Positions 39,537 through 50,080 of a stretch of 64,000 bases of DNA are shown here, one piece after another. The notes beneath the pieces are model-generated. The model was not told where the DNA came from and searched no databases. It saw only the letters and a list, made by a program, of their open reading frames with translations. Each line of letters starts with the position of its first letter. Within the stretch, counting starts at the first letter, position 1. Both the position numbers and the translations under genes were made by a program. Location: assembly GCA_963814395.1 (NCBI GenBank), contig CAWFCS010000033.1, positions 244,520 to 308,519 on the forward strand, read 5' to 3'. The stretch is from an uncultured Acidobacteriota bacterium (lineage in GTDB: Bacteria > Acidobacteriota > Vicinamibacteria > Vicinamibacterales > UBA2999).

Positions 39537-40886
39537 TCAGGGCGGTAGACTTGCCGCCTTGACGGCCGTCGGCGGCGCATAGAGCACGTCGATGGCGTAG
39601 GCCAGGTTCAGCGGCGTGCCGTCCCACACCGGGATGTCGTCAGGCTTCCACGAACCCCCATCGAGCCGCGCGAACGAAGCCGGCAACGCCGGCGCCTGCT
39701 TAAGCACCGTCCCATTTGCCCGCAGAAACGTCGTCGTCCCGTCCTTGTACTGTTTCACCTCGAATCCGCCTTCGTGCACCGCTCGGTGATGACGTCGGCA
39801 CAAGAGCACAAGATTGTCGAGGCTGGTTGGGCCACCATCCACCCAGTGCTCCACGTGATGCGCGTCGCAGCGGCGGGCCGTGCAGCCTGGAAACCGGCAC
39901 CTGTGGTCGCGAGCCTGGAGTGCTCGCCGTATCGAAGGCGGGACGCTGCGTGTCTTGCGCCCGACGCTGAGCACCTCGGCATCGGTGCCGTGCTCCATTC
40001 GCACCACCCCGGCATCGCAGGACAAGCGTCGCGACGTCTCCGCGGAGACGTGGAGCGCGGAGTGGTCCAGCTCCATCACGCCGGCCAAGCCATCCTGTGC
40101 TGTCGCTCCGGATGACGCCTCCACGTGAAGCACCACCTGATAGCGATCCCCGGCACAACCGCGGTCCAGTTCTGATGCGAGCGCGGCCTCGGCCAGCAGG
40201 CCAAGGGCGTCGGCCCGACGTTGGGCCGACGTCACTTCATCCGCCTCGCGTTCCGCCCTCGGCTCCCCTTGCGCCTCGCGGAACAACCGATCGACCGCGG
40301 CCTCGAGCGCGCGTTGCACGACCGCACCCAGTTCGGGCGTGAGGCGACCGCGAATCACCACCATTCCATCGTCGTCGATCGACGTGTAGAGCTGCCGGCC
40401 GAGATACCGCGTGTCGGCCTCCGCCGCCACCACTCGATCCACGCGCCGCCACGCACCCACGAAGCGTTCCACCTGAGCGGCGGTTCCGGCCTGCGCGAAG
40501 TCCAACAGTGAGCCTTCGTTGTCGGGTGTGGCCACACGGGTGAGGGCTCGTACCTTGGCGTAGGAGATCGCGCCGCGCTGCATCGTGGCGCTCACGAGCG
40601 GGAGGGTCGCCAACGCGTGCGCTACGCGCACCTTTTCGCGAGCTGCGCCCAGGGCGATTCCAGTGCGCCAGTGCAGCCAATGCGCGCACGATGCGAAGCC
40701 GTTGTTCCACGTGATGCGATCGTCGAACTCGCGCAGCAGCGCGAGCAGTTCGTAAGTGCCGGCATGAAGGCGCGCCGCCTGCGCGACAATCTGCTCGGCG
40801 ATGGCCTCCGTTGAGGCCGGCAGAGGCTGCATCGTGGCGGGACCGATTGCCGTGGGCGACGGTTCAGCGAGAGCGGCAGTTGTCAT
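39537..40886 (-). CDS. DUF222 + HNH endonuclease (13E12-repeat-like)
   Basis: SCAHWLHWRTG, QRRADAL, RRLSCDA, RDHRCRFPGC..CDAHH..HW..GG.T..NLVLLCRRHH..VH. Confidence 0.9.
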   Translation of the reverse strand: MTTAALAEPSPTAIGPATMQPLPASTEAIAEQIVAQAARLHAGTYELLALLREFDDRITWNNGFASCAHWLHWRTGIALGAAREKVRVAHALATLPLVSATMQRGAISYAKVRALTRVATPDNEGSLLDFAQAGTAAQVERFVGAWRRVDRVVAAEADTRYLGRQLYTSIDDDGMVVIRGRLTPELGAVVQRALEAAVDRLFREAQGEPRAEREADEVTSAQRRADALGLLAEAALASELDRGCAGDRYQVVLHVEASSGATAQDGLAGVMELDHSALHVSAETSRRLSCDAGVVRMEHGTDAEVLSVGRKTRSVPPSIRRALQARDHRCRFPGCTARRCDAHHVEHWVDGGPTSLDNLVLLCRRHHRAVHEGGFEVKQYKDGTTTFLRANGTVLKQAPALPASFARLDGGSWKPDDIPVWDGTPLNLAYAIDVLYAPPTAVKAASLPP

Positions 40887-41245
40887 GTCGCGATCATCGC
40901 ATCGCAGATTTTGCCGCCGCAGGTTGACCCAAGGGGCACGAACGCGCCGTGATCCACCTTCGATGATGGGGCCGCTCTCGATCGCGCGCAGCAGGCGAGC
41001 CCCGGCGCCCATAGACCGACGCCACGACGCGGTCGAAACCATTCGCAGGTCGCCTCCGAAATCCTGTCAAGCAGAATATGAACGCGGCCGTGGTTTTTCG
41101 CGCAATGGAAGGGACACATCGGCCCCCGCGCGGGCAAGATGCCGTTGCATGGCCATCCGCCCTCGGTCACGGCCAGTACCGAGTCGGCGCCGGTGCGGTT
41201 CACCCCCCCCCGGAAGCGGCTGCAAGGCGTAAGCTGTCGAAGGCT

Positions 41246-42136
41246 ATGCTCCAGGCAATCCTCGCTCTCGCCGCACTCTCCATGATCCACACCAACGCGT
41301 CAGCCCAGCCGGCTTCGCCCATCAAGCCCGCCACCCCCACCGCCACGCAGCGCATCGCCCTCGTCACCGGCTCCACCGACGGCCTGGGACGCGAAGTGGC
41401 GAAACGGCTCGCCGCCGAAGGCGCGCACGTCATCGTGCACGGCCGCAACGTGGAACGTGGCCAGGCCGTGGTGGCCGAGATCGCTGCCGCTGGCAAGGGC
41501 TCGGCCCGGTTCTACCAGGCGGATTTCGCGTCCCTCGCCGAGGTGCGCCGCCTGGGCGACGAGATCCGCCGCGACTTCACCCGGCTCGACGTGCTCGTCA
41601 ACAACGCCGGCGTCATCGTGCCGCAGCGCCAGCTGAGCAAGGACGGCCACGAGATGCAGTTCGCCGTGAACTACCTCGCAGGCTATCTGCTCACCTACCT
41701 GCTGGAGCCGCTTCTGGAGAAAGGCACGGCGGCACGCATCATCAACGTGTCGTCGCTCGCGGCGTCGCCGCTCGACTTCACCGACGTGATGCTCGAGCGC
41801 AACTATTCTTCGAACCGTGCCTATGGGCAGAGCAAGCTGGCACAGGTGATGTTCACCATCGACCTGGCGCAGGAACTGGCGGGGAAGGGCATCGTGGTGC
41901 AGGCCCTGCACCCGGCTACCTACATGGACACCGCGATGGTCCGCTCCAATGGCATGACGCCGGCGAGCACCGTGGAGGAAGGCGCAGCGGCGGTGATGAG
42001 CGCCATCGTCACCACTGCACCGAGTGGCACCTACTTCGTGGGTCAGCGCGTGAGCACGCCGCACTGGCAGGCTGGCGATGCCACCGCGCGCGGCCAGCTG
42101 CGGGCGCTGAGCCGGAAGCTGACCGGGCTGAACTGA
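41246..42136 (+). CDS. Short-chain dehydrogenase/reductase with apparent signal peptide
   Basis: TGSTDGLG, NNAG, NVSS, YGQSK; N-terminus MLQAILALAALSMIHTNASAQ. Confidence 0.88.
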   Translation: MLQAILALAALSMIHTNASAQPASPIKPATPTATQRIALVTGSTDGLGREVAKRLAAEGAHVIVHGRNVERGQAVVAEIAAAGKGSARFYQADFASLAEVRRLGDEIRRDFTRLDVLVNNAGVIVPQRQLSKDGHEMQFAVNYLAGYLLTYLLEPLLEKGTAARIINVSSLAASPLDFTDVMLERNYSSNRAYGQSKLAQVMFTIDLAQELAGKGIVVQALHPATYMDTAMVRSNGMTPASTVEEGAAAVMSAIVTTAPSGTYFVGQRVSTPHWQAGDATARGQLRALSRKLTGLN

Positions 42137-42231
42137 ATCGGCGTGCACGCTCGTCCCACGCTCCGACCCAGCGCGCCTCGAGAGCGGCTGGGCTTGCACC
42201 GGCCATTCGGGTGCGGCATCGTCTAACAGAC

Positions 42232-42971
42232 ATGCCACGCCATATTCCATCGCTCGTGCTTTCCGCGGCCGTCTTCATGTCCTTGGCCGCTCTCGCACCG
42301 CGCGCCTCGGCCGAAGGCCAGGACCCGCACGGCGTCTACTACACGCAGTTCGAGAACGACTCGGTCAGGCTGGTGCGCGTGCGCTATCCGGCCAACAGCA
42401 AGGTGCCGCTGCACGGCCACCCGCCCACGGTCACGGCCTACGTGTATCTCAGCGAGTCGTCACCGGTGCGTTTCACCCACCAGGGCTCGCGCACGCATGT
42501 CGTCACGCGGCAGCCCACCACGCCCGGTGGCTTCCGTGTGTCGCGCGGCGGCGACGAGACCCACTCCGCCGAGAACCTCGGCACGATTGCCAGTGACTTC
42601 CTGCGTGTGGAGTTCAAGACGGATGCCGGCCGGCGCCACCGCGCCGTTCTATCGCGACTCCACGGCCCCTCGGCCCGGCGGCGAAGACGACCACGGATGT
42701 GCGATTCACGAACGCGCAGATGCGCATCACCCGCGTGGCGATTCCGGCTGGGCAGACCGCGGAGATCGCCACCACCGCCAACGCCCCAGCGCTGCTGATT
42801 GCCCTCGGCAACGCCACGCTGACCGCCGACGGTGCGGCCCTGCCGTTGACCGTTGGCCAGGAGCGCTGGGTGGCGTCATCGCGCCGCGAACAACTGGTGA
42901 ACGCCGGTGCGTCCCAGATCGAGCTGCTGCGGATCGACGTGCTGACCGCGCCGCACAAGGCACGGTCGTGA
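42232..42971 (+). CDS. Exported tandem-cupin-like protein; frameshift near 42630
   Basis: Signal peptide; FENDSVRLVRVRY...LHGH...ETHSAEN; second degenerate cupin in ORF 42699..42971. Confidence 0.7.
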
Positions 42972-43456
42972 CGCGCGCCGTCCTGGCCACCTCGCGTGTC
43001 GTCGCGTCGGTTCTCGCGGGCCTCGTGCTGAACGGCGCCGCGCCGGCGATGGCGCAACAGCCCGCGCCCGCAGGTGTGGCCGCGGCGGCGCCCACCACGG
43101 TGACCCTGCCGCCCGCGCTGAACCGCGTGCTGCGCGACTACGAACGCGCCTGGCGCGAGGGCAACGGCGCCAGCCTGGCCGCCCTCTTCACTGACGACGG
43201 CTTCGCCGTGCAGAGCGGCAGCCCGCTCCGGCAGGGGCACGCGGCCATCGCGCAAGGCATCACGGGCCCCGGCGGCGAGCTGCAACTCACGGCCTACGCT
43301 TTCTCGGTGGCCGACACGGTGGGCTACATCGTGGGCGGCTATCGCTACCCGCACACCACCGGCCCGGGCGGCCGTTTTGTGCTGGCACTGCGGATGGGCG
43401 CGGGCGGACGCTGGCTGATCGCGGCGGATCTCGACAACAGCGGCCCGCGTCAATAG
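42968..43456 (+). CDS. Exported SnoaL/DUF4440-like NTF2-fold protein
   Basis: GTGA overlap; signal peptide; YERAW..G....LAALFTDDG; GRFVLAL.....RWLIAAD. Confidence 0.75.
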   Translation: MTRAVLATSRVVASVLAGLVLNGAAPAMAQQPAPAGVAAAAPTTVTLPPALNRVLRDYERAWREGNGASLAALFTDDGFAVQSGSPLRQGHAAIAQGITGPGGELQLTAYAFSVADTVGYIVGGYRYPHTTGPGGRFVLALRMGAGGRWLIAADLDNSGPRQ

Positions 43457-43483
43457 CCGCGCGCGCCGGCCCGCGATCTCAGC

Positions 43484-43730
43484 TCACGATCCCCACACGC
43501 CAAGCGCTCGTCGCACCGCCAGGAGCTGGCCCACGTGATACGCCACGTGATCGGCCGCCAGCAGGATCGCGCGCAGGTAGGTCTGGCCCGCGTTGCCGGT
43601 TGGCACGGACGCCGTGAGGTCGGCCACGTCGCGGGTGAGGTGTTGCAACTGCGCTCGCGACGTCAGGCACGCCGCGATGCTCGCATGCCATGCGGCGTCG
43701 TCGGGCGGTGCAGCTGTGGCGGGCCAGTCC
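43484..43730 (-). pseudogene. C-terminal remnant of a DinB-family gene (absent from the ORF track)
   Basis: Hand translation: WPATAAPPDDAAWHASIAA...GQTYLRAILLAADHVAYHVGQLLAVRRALGVWGS*. No in-frame start before an upstream stop. Confidence 0.7.
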
Positions 43731-43779
43731 GGAAAGATCGGAGCGTCACGTCTGGCGCCTGGCGGGTAGAGAATACGGC

Positions 43780-44341
43780 ATGAGGATCACGACACACGTC
43801 GTTGCAGTTCCGCGCACTCGCGGGATGGCTGGCGATTGGCGCATGTGCGGCAGCAGCGCCTCCGGCCCCGGCGCCGCCGCCGGCGGCACCGGTAACCGCA
43901 GTTCCCCCAGTCGTAGCAGTGGCTCCAGCCACTCCCGCCACCTCAGCCCCTCCAGCCGCGTCGTCGCGCCCGGCGCCATTGCCCTCGGCGCAGACCGACG
44001 GCGAGATCATCGCTTCGCTGCACATCGGCGAGTCGGTCACGCCGCCGAAGTCCACCGTGACCGTCACGTTCACCGAGGTCTCGGGCGACTCGCGCTGTCC
44101 TACCAACGTGGCCTGCGTGTGGGCCGGCGATGCCGCCGTCACGCTCCGCGTGCAGCCCGCCACCGGCGCGGCCCAGGTCGTCGAGCTGCACACCGGCGTG
44201 GCCGACAAGCAGTCGGCCACCGTCGCCGGACTGCGGTTTCGGCTCGACCGCCTCGAACCCAGCCCTACGTTCGGGAAGCCGACCGAGCGCAGTGCCTACG
44301 TGGCCACGATCGCCATCGCGAGCAGCGCTGGTCCACGCTAG
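43780..44341 (+). CDS. Hypothetical lipoprotein-like protein with DSRCP..V.CVWAG motif; probable frameshift near 43800
   Basis: AIGAC lipobox-like sequence, Pro/Ala linker, small beta domain with a Cys pair. Confidence 0.65.
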
Positions 44342-44985
44342 CGGCGCGCGCTCGGCGACGCCGCACTCGGCCCGGTTCGCAGGAACGAGTAGATCGCCGA
44401 TTCGAAGGCCAGCAGGCCGAACCAGCCATACGACGACATGCCCGAACATAGCGCGCGCAGCCCAAGGTGGAACACACCCACTGCGCCGAAGAGCAGCACC
44501 AGGCCGAGCTGCGTCGATTCGGCGAACAGGTCGCGCTCGATCACGCGCGTGATCGGCCCCACCTCGAAGGGGCCTTCCACCGGTCCCGCGGCCCCTGGCG
44601 ACTTGCCGTCGGCGCGCCACACGCGCAGCGCCACGACCACCGATCCGTCGGCCTCGCGAGCCGCCGCCGGCACCACATAGACGCGGTGGCGGTCGTGCTG
44701 CATGGCTTGCGTGGGGGGCAGTTGGCCCACGCCGCCCAAACGCCGGCCGCCGACGAACACTTCGTAGGCGCTGTCGATCTTGCCCAGGGCGAGGCCCACG
44801 GGTTCACTGGTGGGCACGCCGACCGCCACCCGCGTGCGATACCACGCCATGCCGAAGACGTGGTCGTAGCCCTGGCGGCCCCAGCTCTTCGGCACCTGCA
44901 GCTGCGGCCACCCGCGATCGTCGAAGGCGGATTCGGCCCAGCGCAGGTCGTCGCCGGGCTGGAATCTCCACTGGACACTAGAGCG
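44338..44985 (-). pseudogene. Truncated receptor: galactose-binding-like sensor domain plus first helices of a 7TM-DISM-like domain
   Basis: WRFQPGDD..WA...FDD..W....VP..W..QGY...G.AWYR; only two TM helices, then it runs into the convergent gene. No clean start or output domain. Confidence 0.6.
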
Positions 44986-45141
44986 ACGTGAAGCTGTCGC
45001 GCTCGAGCGTGGGGCGGCACGCCGGGGCCGTGACGAGCAGGCAGGAACAGGCCGAGCACGAACCACGGGCGAGGCAGACGGCGGCGGAGCGCCAGGGGCC
45101 AGGTCACGCGCGCACCGGCGCAGGCGGGCCTGCCGAATGCC

Positions 45142-45294
45142 GTGCGGGCGCGCGTCGATCTCACCACTGAGACCTTCCGCGGGCTGAAGGCTACCAATGC
45201 CGTGGCGGTCATCCCCGGCCGCAGCGCCGAGAAGTTTGTGCTGAACGCGCACGCCGATGCCTGGTTCGACGGCGCCGGCGACAACGCCGATGGC
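45142..45294 (+). pseudogene. Internal fragment of an M28-family metallopeptidase (absent from the ORF track)
   Basis: Hand translation: ...KATNAVAVIPGRSAEKFVLNAHADAWFDGAGDNADG, followed by unrelated sequence and a stop. Confidence 0.65.
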
Positions 45295-45500
45295 TACCGC
45301 AGGCGAGGTTGCAACTCGTGACATCTCGACCATCCGCACAGCCGACGGGTGGCTGGGCCGATTCTGGCCGGCGAGGGGCTGGCCGACGAGATAGCCGACC
45401 GTGTCTTCGAGCGCCTCAACGAGGTGTCGATCCGCCGCAAAATGGGCCGCTAGGCCAAGAGCGGTATCGGGGCGTGGTCCTGGGCCAGTACAATTCAGGG

Positions 45501-45860
<360 letters not shown>

Positions 45861-45905
45861 CGTCGACCGGGCGCCGCTGACGGCCGCGCCGTCGGCCCGC
45901 GCGTC

Positions 45906-46403
45906 TCAATCGAGGAACGTCGTGCGGATCGCGCGCCGCAGCGCGGCCATCGACGCGTCGAGGGCGGCCCGCGCCTGCGCGGCCCGCGGCGTCGCGCCGG
46001 CACACGCCGCGATCGCGTCGGCCACGCGCTCTTCGAGCGGCAGGCGCACGGGTCGTGCCTCGACCGCGGCGAGCAGCGTCGCCACGTGCTGCGCGAGCCC
46101 GCGCGCGTCGGCAATCCGCGCAAGCGCGTCGCCCACCGCGACGGCGCCGCGTTGCGTGTCCTGCAGCAGCCGGCACTCGAACGTGCGGCACGTCCGCGGC
46201 CGCCGCGCGTAGATGCTGCAGCACGTGCCCCGCAGCGCTGAGCAGGGCAGCGGCAGCACGTCGGCGTCGCCGTCGTCGCTGTCCACGTCGAGCCCCAAGA
46301 GCTCGAGGCGCGCGGCTTCCGCCGGTCCGGTCAGCTCCACGTCGCCGAGCAGCGTGCCGTCGCAGCACAGGCCGCAGCGCGTGCACAGCGTGTCGGTCAG
46401 CAT
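45906..46403 (-). CDS. YkgJ-family CxxCxxCC cysteine-cluster protein
   Basis: CTRCGLCCDG...PC..L....CSIY..RP..CR.FEC. Confidence 0.85.
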   Translation of the reverse strand: MLTDTLCTRCGLCCDGTLLGDVELTGPAEAARLELLGLDVDSDDGDADVLPLPCSALRGTCCSIYARRPRTCRTFECRLLQDTQRGAVAVGDALARIADARGLAQHVATLLAAVEARPVRLPLEERVADAIAACAGATPRAAQARAALDASMAALRRAIRTTFLD

Positions 46404-46407
46404 GGGG

Positions 46408-47451
46408 CTACGCGATGTGCGCACCGGCCGTGTTCACATACACCGCGTAGAGCGATTGACTTGCCGTCATGAACAGCCGGTTGCGCTTGGCGCCCCCGAA
46501 ACACACGTTGGCGCAGGTCTCGGCCAGGCGAATCATGCCGATCGCCTCGCCCGTGGGGGCGATCACCTGCACGCCCGGACGCGCCCCGGCCCACACGTTG
46601 CCGTCCACGTCACAGCGGATGCCATCGGCGGCCGCGGGCGAGGTGCGTGCCCGGAATCGTCAGCGTGGCAAAGGTGCGGCCGTTGCGCAGCGTGGTGCCC
46701 TCCACGTCGAACACCTTGATGGCCCGTGGTGCGCCGGTGTCGGCCACGTAGAGCCGCTTGTAGTCGGGCGAGAAGCAGAGGCCGTTCGGGGCGCCGAATT
46801 CGTCGCTCACTTTGTCCACCTGTCCGCTGCGTCCATCCACCCGGTAGACCGACATGGGCAGTTCCGGACTCGGCCTTGAACCCCTCGTAGTTGCCGTTGA
46901 TGCCGTAGGGCGGATCGGTGAACCAGATATCGCCGCTCGGATGCACCACCACGTCGTTGGGCGAGTTGAGCCGTTTGCCCTGGTAGCGTTCGGCCACCAC
47001 CGTGATCGTGCCGTCGGGCTCGTAGCGCACCACGCGCCGCCCGCCGTGTTCGCACGACAGTTGCCGGCCCTGGTAGTCGAAGGTGTTGCCGTTGCTGTTG
47101 CCCGACGGATGCCGGAAGGTCGTGACGCGGCCGTCGTCTTCGATCCACCGCATCTGCACGTTGTTCGGAATGTCGCTCCACACCAGGTAGCGGCCCACGC
47201 CGTTCCAGGCCGGACCTTCGGCCCAGAGCGTGCCGGTGTGCAGGCGGCGGATCGGCGTGTTGCGGATCACGTAGCGGTTGAAGCGCGGATCGAGCGCGAT
47301 GATGTCGGGATCTGGATAGGGCAGCGGATCGCCGGTCCATGCGCGCGGCGTGGGCACGGGCGACACGGGCGTTGCGGCTGGTACCTGCGCGCGCGTGGCA
47401 GGTGCCGGCGGCGATACCGCCGGCCACGGCAAGAAACGCTCGGCGGTTCAT
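46408..47451 (-). CDS. Tat-exported SMP-30/gluconolactonase; several frameshifts
   Basis: MNRRAFLAVAGG; WAEGPAW, WSDIP, NSNG, LNSPND, FTDPPYG, PNGLCFSPD, DG..CDVDGN, ANVCFGG. Confidence 0.88.
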
Positions 47452-47455
47452 CTCG

Positions 47456-48865
47456 CTATCGCTCCTTCTGGCCGGACGGCACGTAGGTGAACTCGAGCAG
47501 CGCGCCCGGCTCGGCGAGCGTGTCGGTACGGCGCCACTGCTCGTCGAGCACCGAGCCAAAGCTGTCGGTGACCACGAAGATGCGGCGGCCGTCGGGGGCC
47601 ACGGCGAGGTCGCGGTAACGATTCGCGCGCCGGAAGTACGCGAGCGGCGGCCCCATCATCGCCGTGCCGGCGTCGTTCAGCGTGAGGCGATACACGGCGC
47701 CGGTACGCATGCCGGTCACGAGCAACGACCCCCGCCAGCCGGGAATGGCGGCAGCCGTGTAGGCGTCGAGGCCGCCGGGCGCAATCGTGGTGCTGCCGTC
47801 AACGGCCAGGTTGTAGTCGATCGGAGGAGTGAAGAGCGTGGCGAGTGGCGCGACGAAATCGGGATGGTGCCACGCCGACTCCTTCACCACCGGCACCGAG
47901 GCCGGCGGGTTCAGGTTGTCGAACTTCAACGTGGGGCACGGCGCCGGGGCCGACCCCGCCCAGTTGGCGAACACATACCCGCGGTCGTCGTTGAAGCCAG
48001 CCACGTACGGCCAGCCGTAGTTCTTGCCGGCGTGGATGAGATCCACTTCGTCGTCGGTGCTGGGTCCGTGTTCCGACGCGTAGAGCCGGCCCGCGGCGCC
48101 GAACGCCATTCCCTGCACGTTGCGCAGACCGTAGCTGAAGATGTGGCTGCGCACGCCGCGAATCACGGGGTTGTCGGCGGGAATCGCGCCATCCAGTTCC
48201 AGGCGCAGGATCTTGCCTTCGTAGGTGCTCCAGTCGCGGGCCGCCACGGCGCCGGCATCGGGAAGGTCCTGCGCGCGATTCGGCAGGCAGTAGTTCGCGA
48301 GGAAGTTGGCGCCGTGATCGCCGCGCGACAGGTACAGCTTGCCGTCGGGCCCGATGGCGAGGCGGCCGCCGCCGTGGTCGCTGCCGGCGGGCAGGTTGTC
48401 GAGCACGGCCACGGGCGAGCCGAGCGTGTGCGCGGCCGCGTCGTAGGTGTAGCGGCGCACGCGCATGCGCCGGCTCAGGGCGTCGCCCGGATCGGCGTCG
48501 TAGGTGTAGGCGAGGTAGACGTAGTCGCGGCCGCGATTGGTCAGCAGGTCCGGATGCAGCGCCAGGCCGAGCAGGCCGTCCTGCACCACCGACTGATGCA
48601 CGTCGGTGAGCGTGAGCGCCACCTGGCGCGAGCCATCGGCAGGATTCACGCGGGTGACGCGAAAGGCCGTGCGCTCGGTGATCCACAGATGACCGTCGGG
48701 CCCCCACGTGACCTCCCACGGGTTGGCCAGGTCAGCGGCGACGACGCGGCGCGAGAACGTCTCGGTTCCAGCCGCGCCAAGGGTGCGTGGATTCTGCCGG
48801 GCACTCAGGCCGGCCGTCGCGGCCAGCACTCCCAATAGCACGGCGGCGATTGAGCGACGAGACAT
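47456..48865 (-). CDS. Soluble PQQ-dependent glucose/sorbosone dehydrogenase (sGDH-type)
   Basis: Signal peptide; PWEVTWGPDG, DHGGGRL, YGLRNVQG, SEHGPSTDDE, NYGWP, NRYRD. Confidence 0.92.
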   Translation of the reverse strand: MSRRSIAAVLLGVLAATAGLSARQNPRTLGAAGTETFSRRVVAADLANPWEVTWGPDGHLWITERTAFRVTRVNPADGSRQVALTLTDVHQSVVQDGLLGLALHPDLLTNRGRDYVYLAYTYDADPGDALSRRMRVRRYTYDAAAHTLGSPVAVLDNLPAGSDHGGGRLAIGPDGKLYLSRGDHGANFLANYCLPNRAQDLPDAGAVAARDWSTYEGKILRLELDGAIPADNPVIRGVRSHIFSYGLRNVQGMAFGAAGRLYASEHGPSTDDEVDLIHAGKNYGWPYVAGFNDDRGYVFANWAGSAPAPCPTLKFDNLNPPASVPVVKESAWHHPDFVAPLATLFTPPIDYNLAVDGSTTIAPGGLDAYTAAAIPGWRGSLLVTGMRTGAVYRLTLNDAGTAMMGPPLAYFRRANRYRDLAVAPDGRRIFVVTDSFGSVLDEQWRRTDTLAEPGALLEFTYVPSGQKER

Positions 48866-48963
48866 CGGCACCCTCCGGGCTCTGGCGCCGGGCGCGGGCC
48901 AGTCGAGCGCACGGATTATATGTCCCAGGCGGCTGCGTTCGACGGTATCGTCGGCGCGTTGCC

Positions 48964-50056
48964 ATGATCCCGCCGCCTCATCGCCGCCGTCTCGCCCCCG
49001 TGCCTGCGCTGCTTTCCGCGCTTGCCGTGCTCGTGGTCGTGGCTCCGGCCTCGGCCCAGCGCTACGCCGCCACACAGAGCGCCACCGCGCAGGGCGAGGT
49101 GGTGACGCTGACCGATCGCGTGACCGACACCGTCGTGGTGGTCGTGCCGGCGAAGGGCAACATGGCCACCGAGATGCGCGTGAAGGGCCACAACGTGCTC
49201 GAGGCCCGAGGCATTCCCTTCATGGGGCCGTGGGCCAATCGCCTCGACGAGCCCGCCTTCTACGCCAACGGACGGCGCCACGCCTTCGACATGACCCTCG
49301 GCAACATCCGCGGCGACGTGCCGATTCACGGCTTCGTGACCACCACCGATCTGTGGCGCGTGGTGGCGACGCGCGCCACCGCGAACGAAGCGTCGGTCAC
49401 GAGCCGTCTCGAGTTCTACCGGCAAGCCGACGTGGATGCGGCAGTGGCCCTACGCGCACACGGTGGAAATCACCTATCGCCTGGCCGGTGGCGTGCTCGA
49501 AGTGGCCACCGCGATCGCGAACCTGAGCCACGAGCCGATGCCCGTGGCCGTCGGCTTCCATCCCTACTTCCAGCTCACCGACGCGCCGCGCGACGAGTGG
49601 CGCCTGTCGGTGGCCGCCACCACGCGTTGGCGGCTCGATGCGCGGAAGCTGCCTACGGGCGAAACCGAGCCCGCCGCTGCCCTGCTGCCGCCGCCCAGCG
49701 TGAGTCTGCGCGACTACAACCTCGACGACGTGTTCAGCGACTTGGTGCGCGATGCCGACGGCGGCGCGACGATGACCGTGATGGGCGCGGCACAGCGGCT
49801 CGACGTGGTGCTCGGCCCGAACTACCGCTCGGCGGTGGTGTGGGCGCCGAATCCGTCCGGCCAGGGTCGCGGCGGTCAGGGCGACTCGCCACCGGCGGCG
49901 CGCAACTTCATCTGTCTCGAGCCCATGGCCGGCGTTACCAATGCGCTCAACCTGGCGCACCGCGGACAGTACCGCGAGCTGCAGACGATCGCGCCAGGCG
50001 GCACCTGGCGGGAGAGCTTCTGGGTGAAGCCGAGCGGGTTCACCGCGGCCCGCTGA
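48964..50056 (+). CDS. Exported aldose 1-epimerase (mutarotase); frameshift near 49430
   Basis: Signal peptide; PWANRL, IHG, GFHPYF, LDDVF, FICLEPM. Confidence 0.88.
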
Positions 50057-50080
50057 GCACCGCGCTACACTCCACCCTGT

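Noticed and set aside
41060-41085. Possible LexA box upstream of the HNH gene (minus strand GTTC-N7-GCTT)
   Set aside because: The second half-site does not match GTTC-N7-GTTC; too weak to call.
37229-41240. Prophage, integron or IS boundary around the low-GC island
   Set aside because: I found no integrase, transposase, tRNA target, terminal inverted repeats or target-site duplication by eye.
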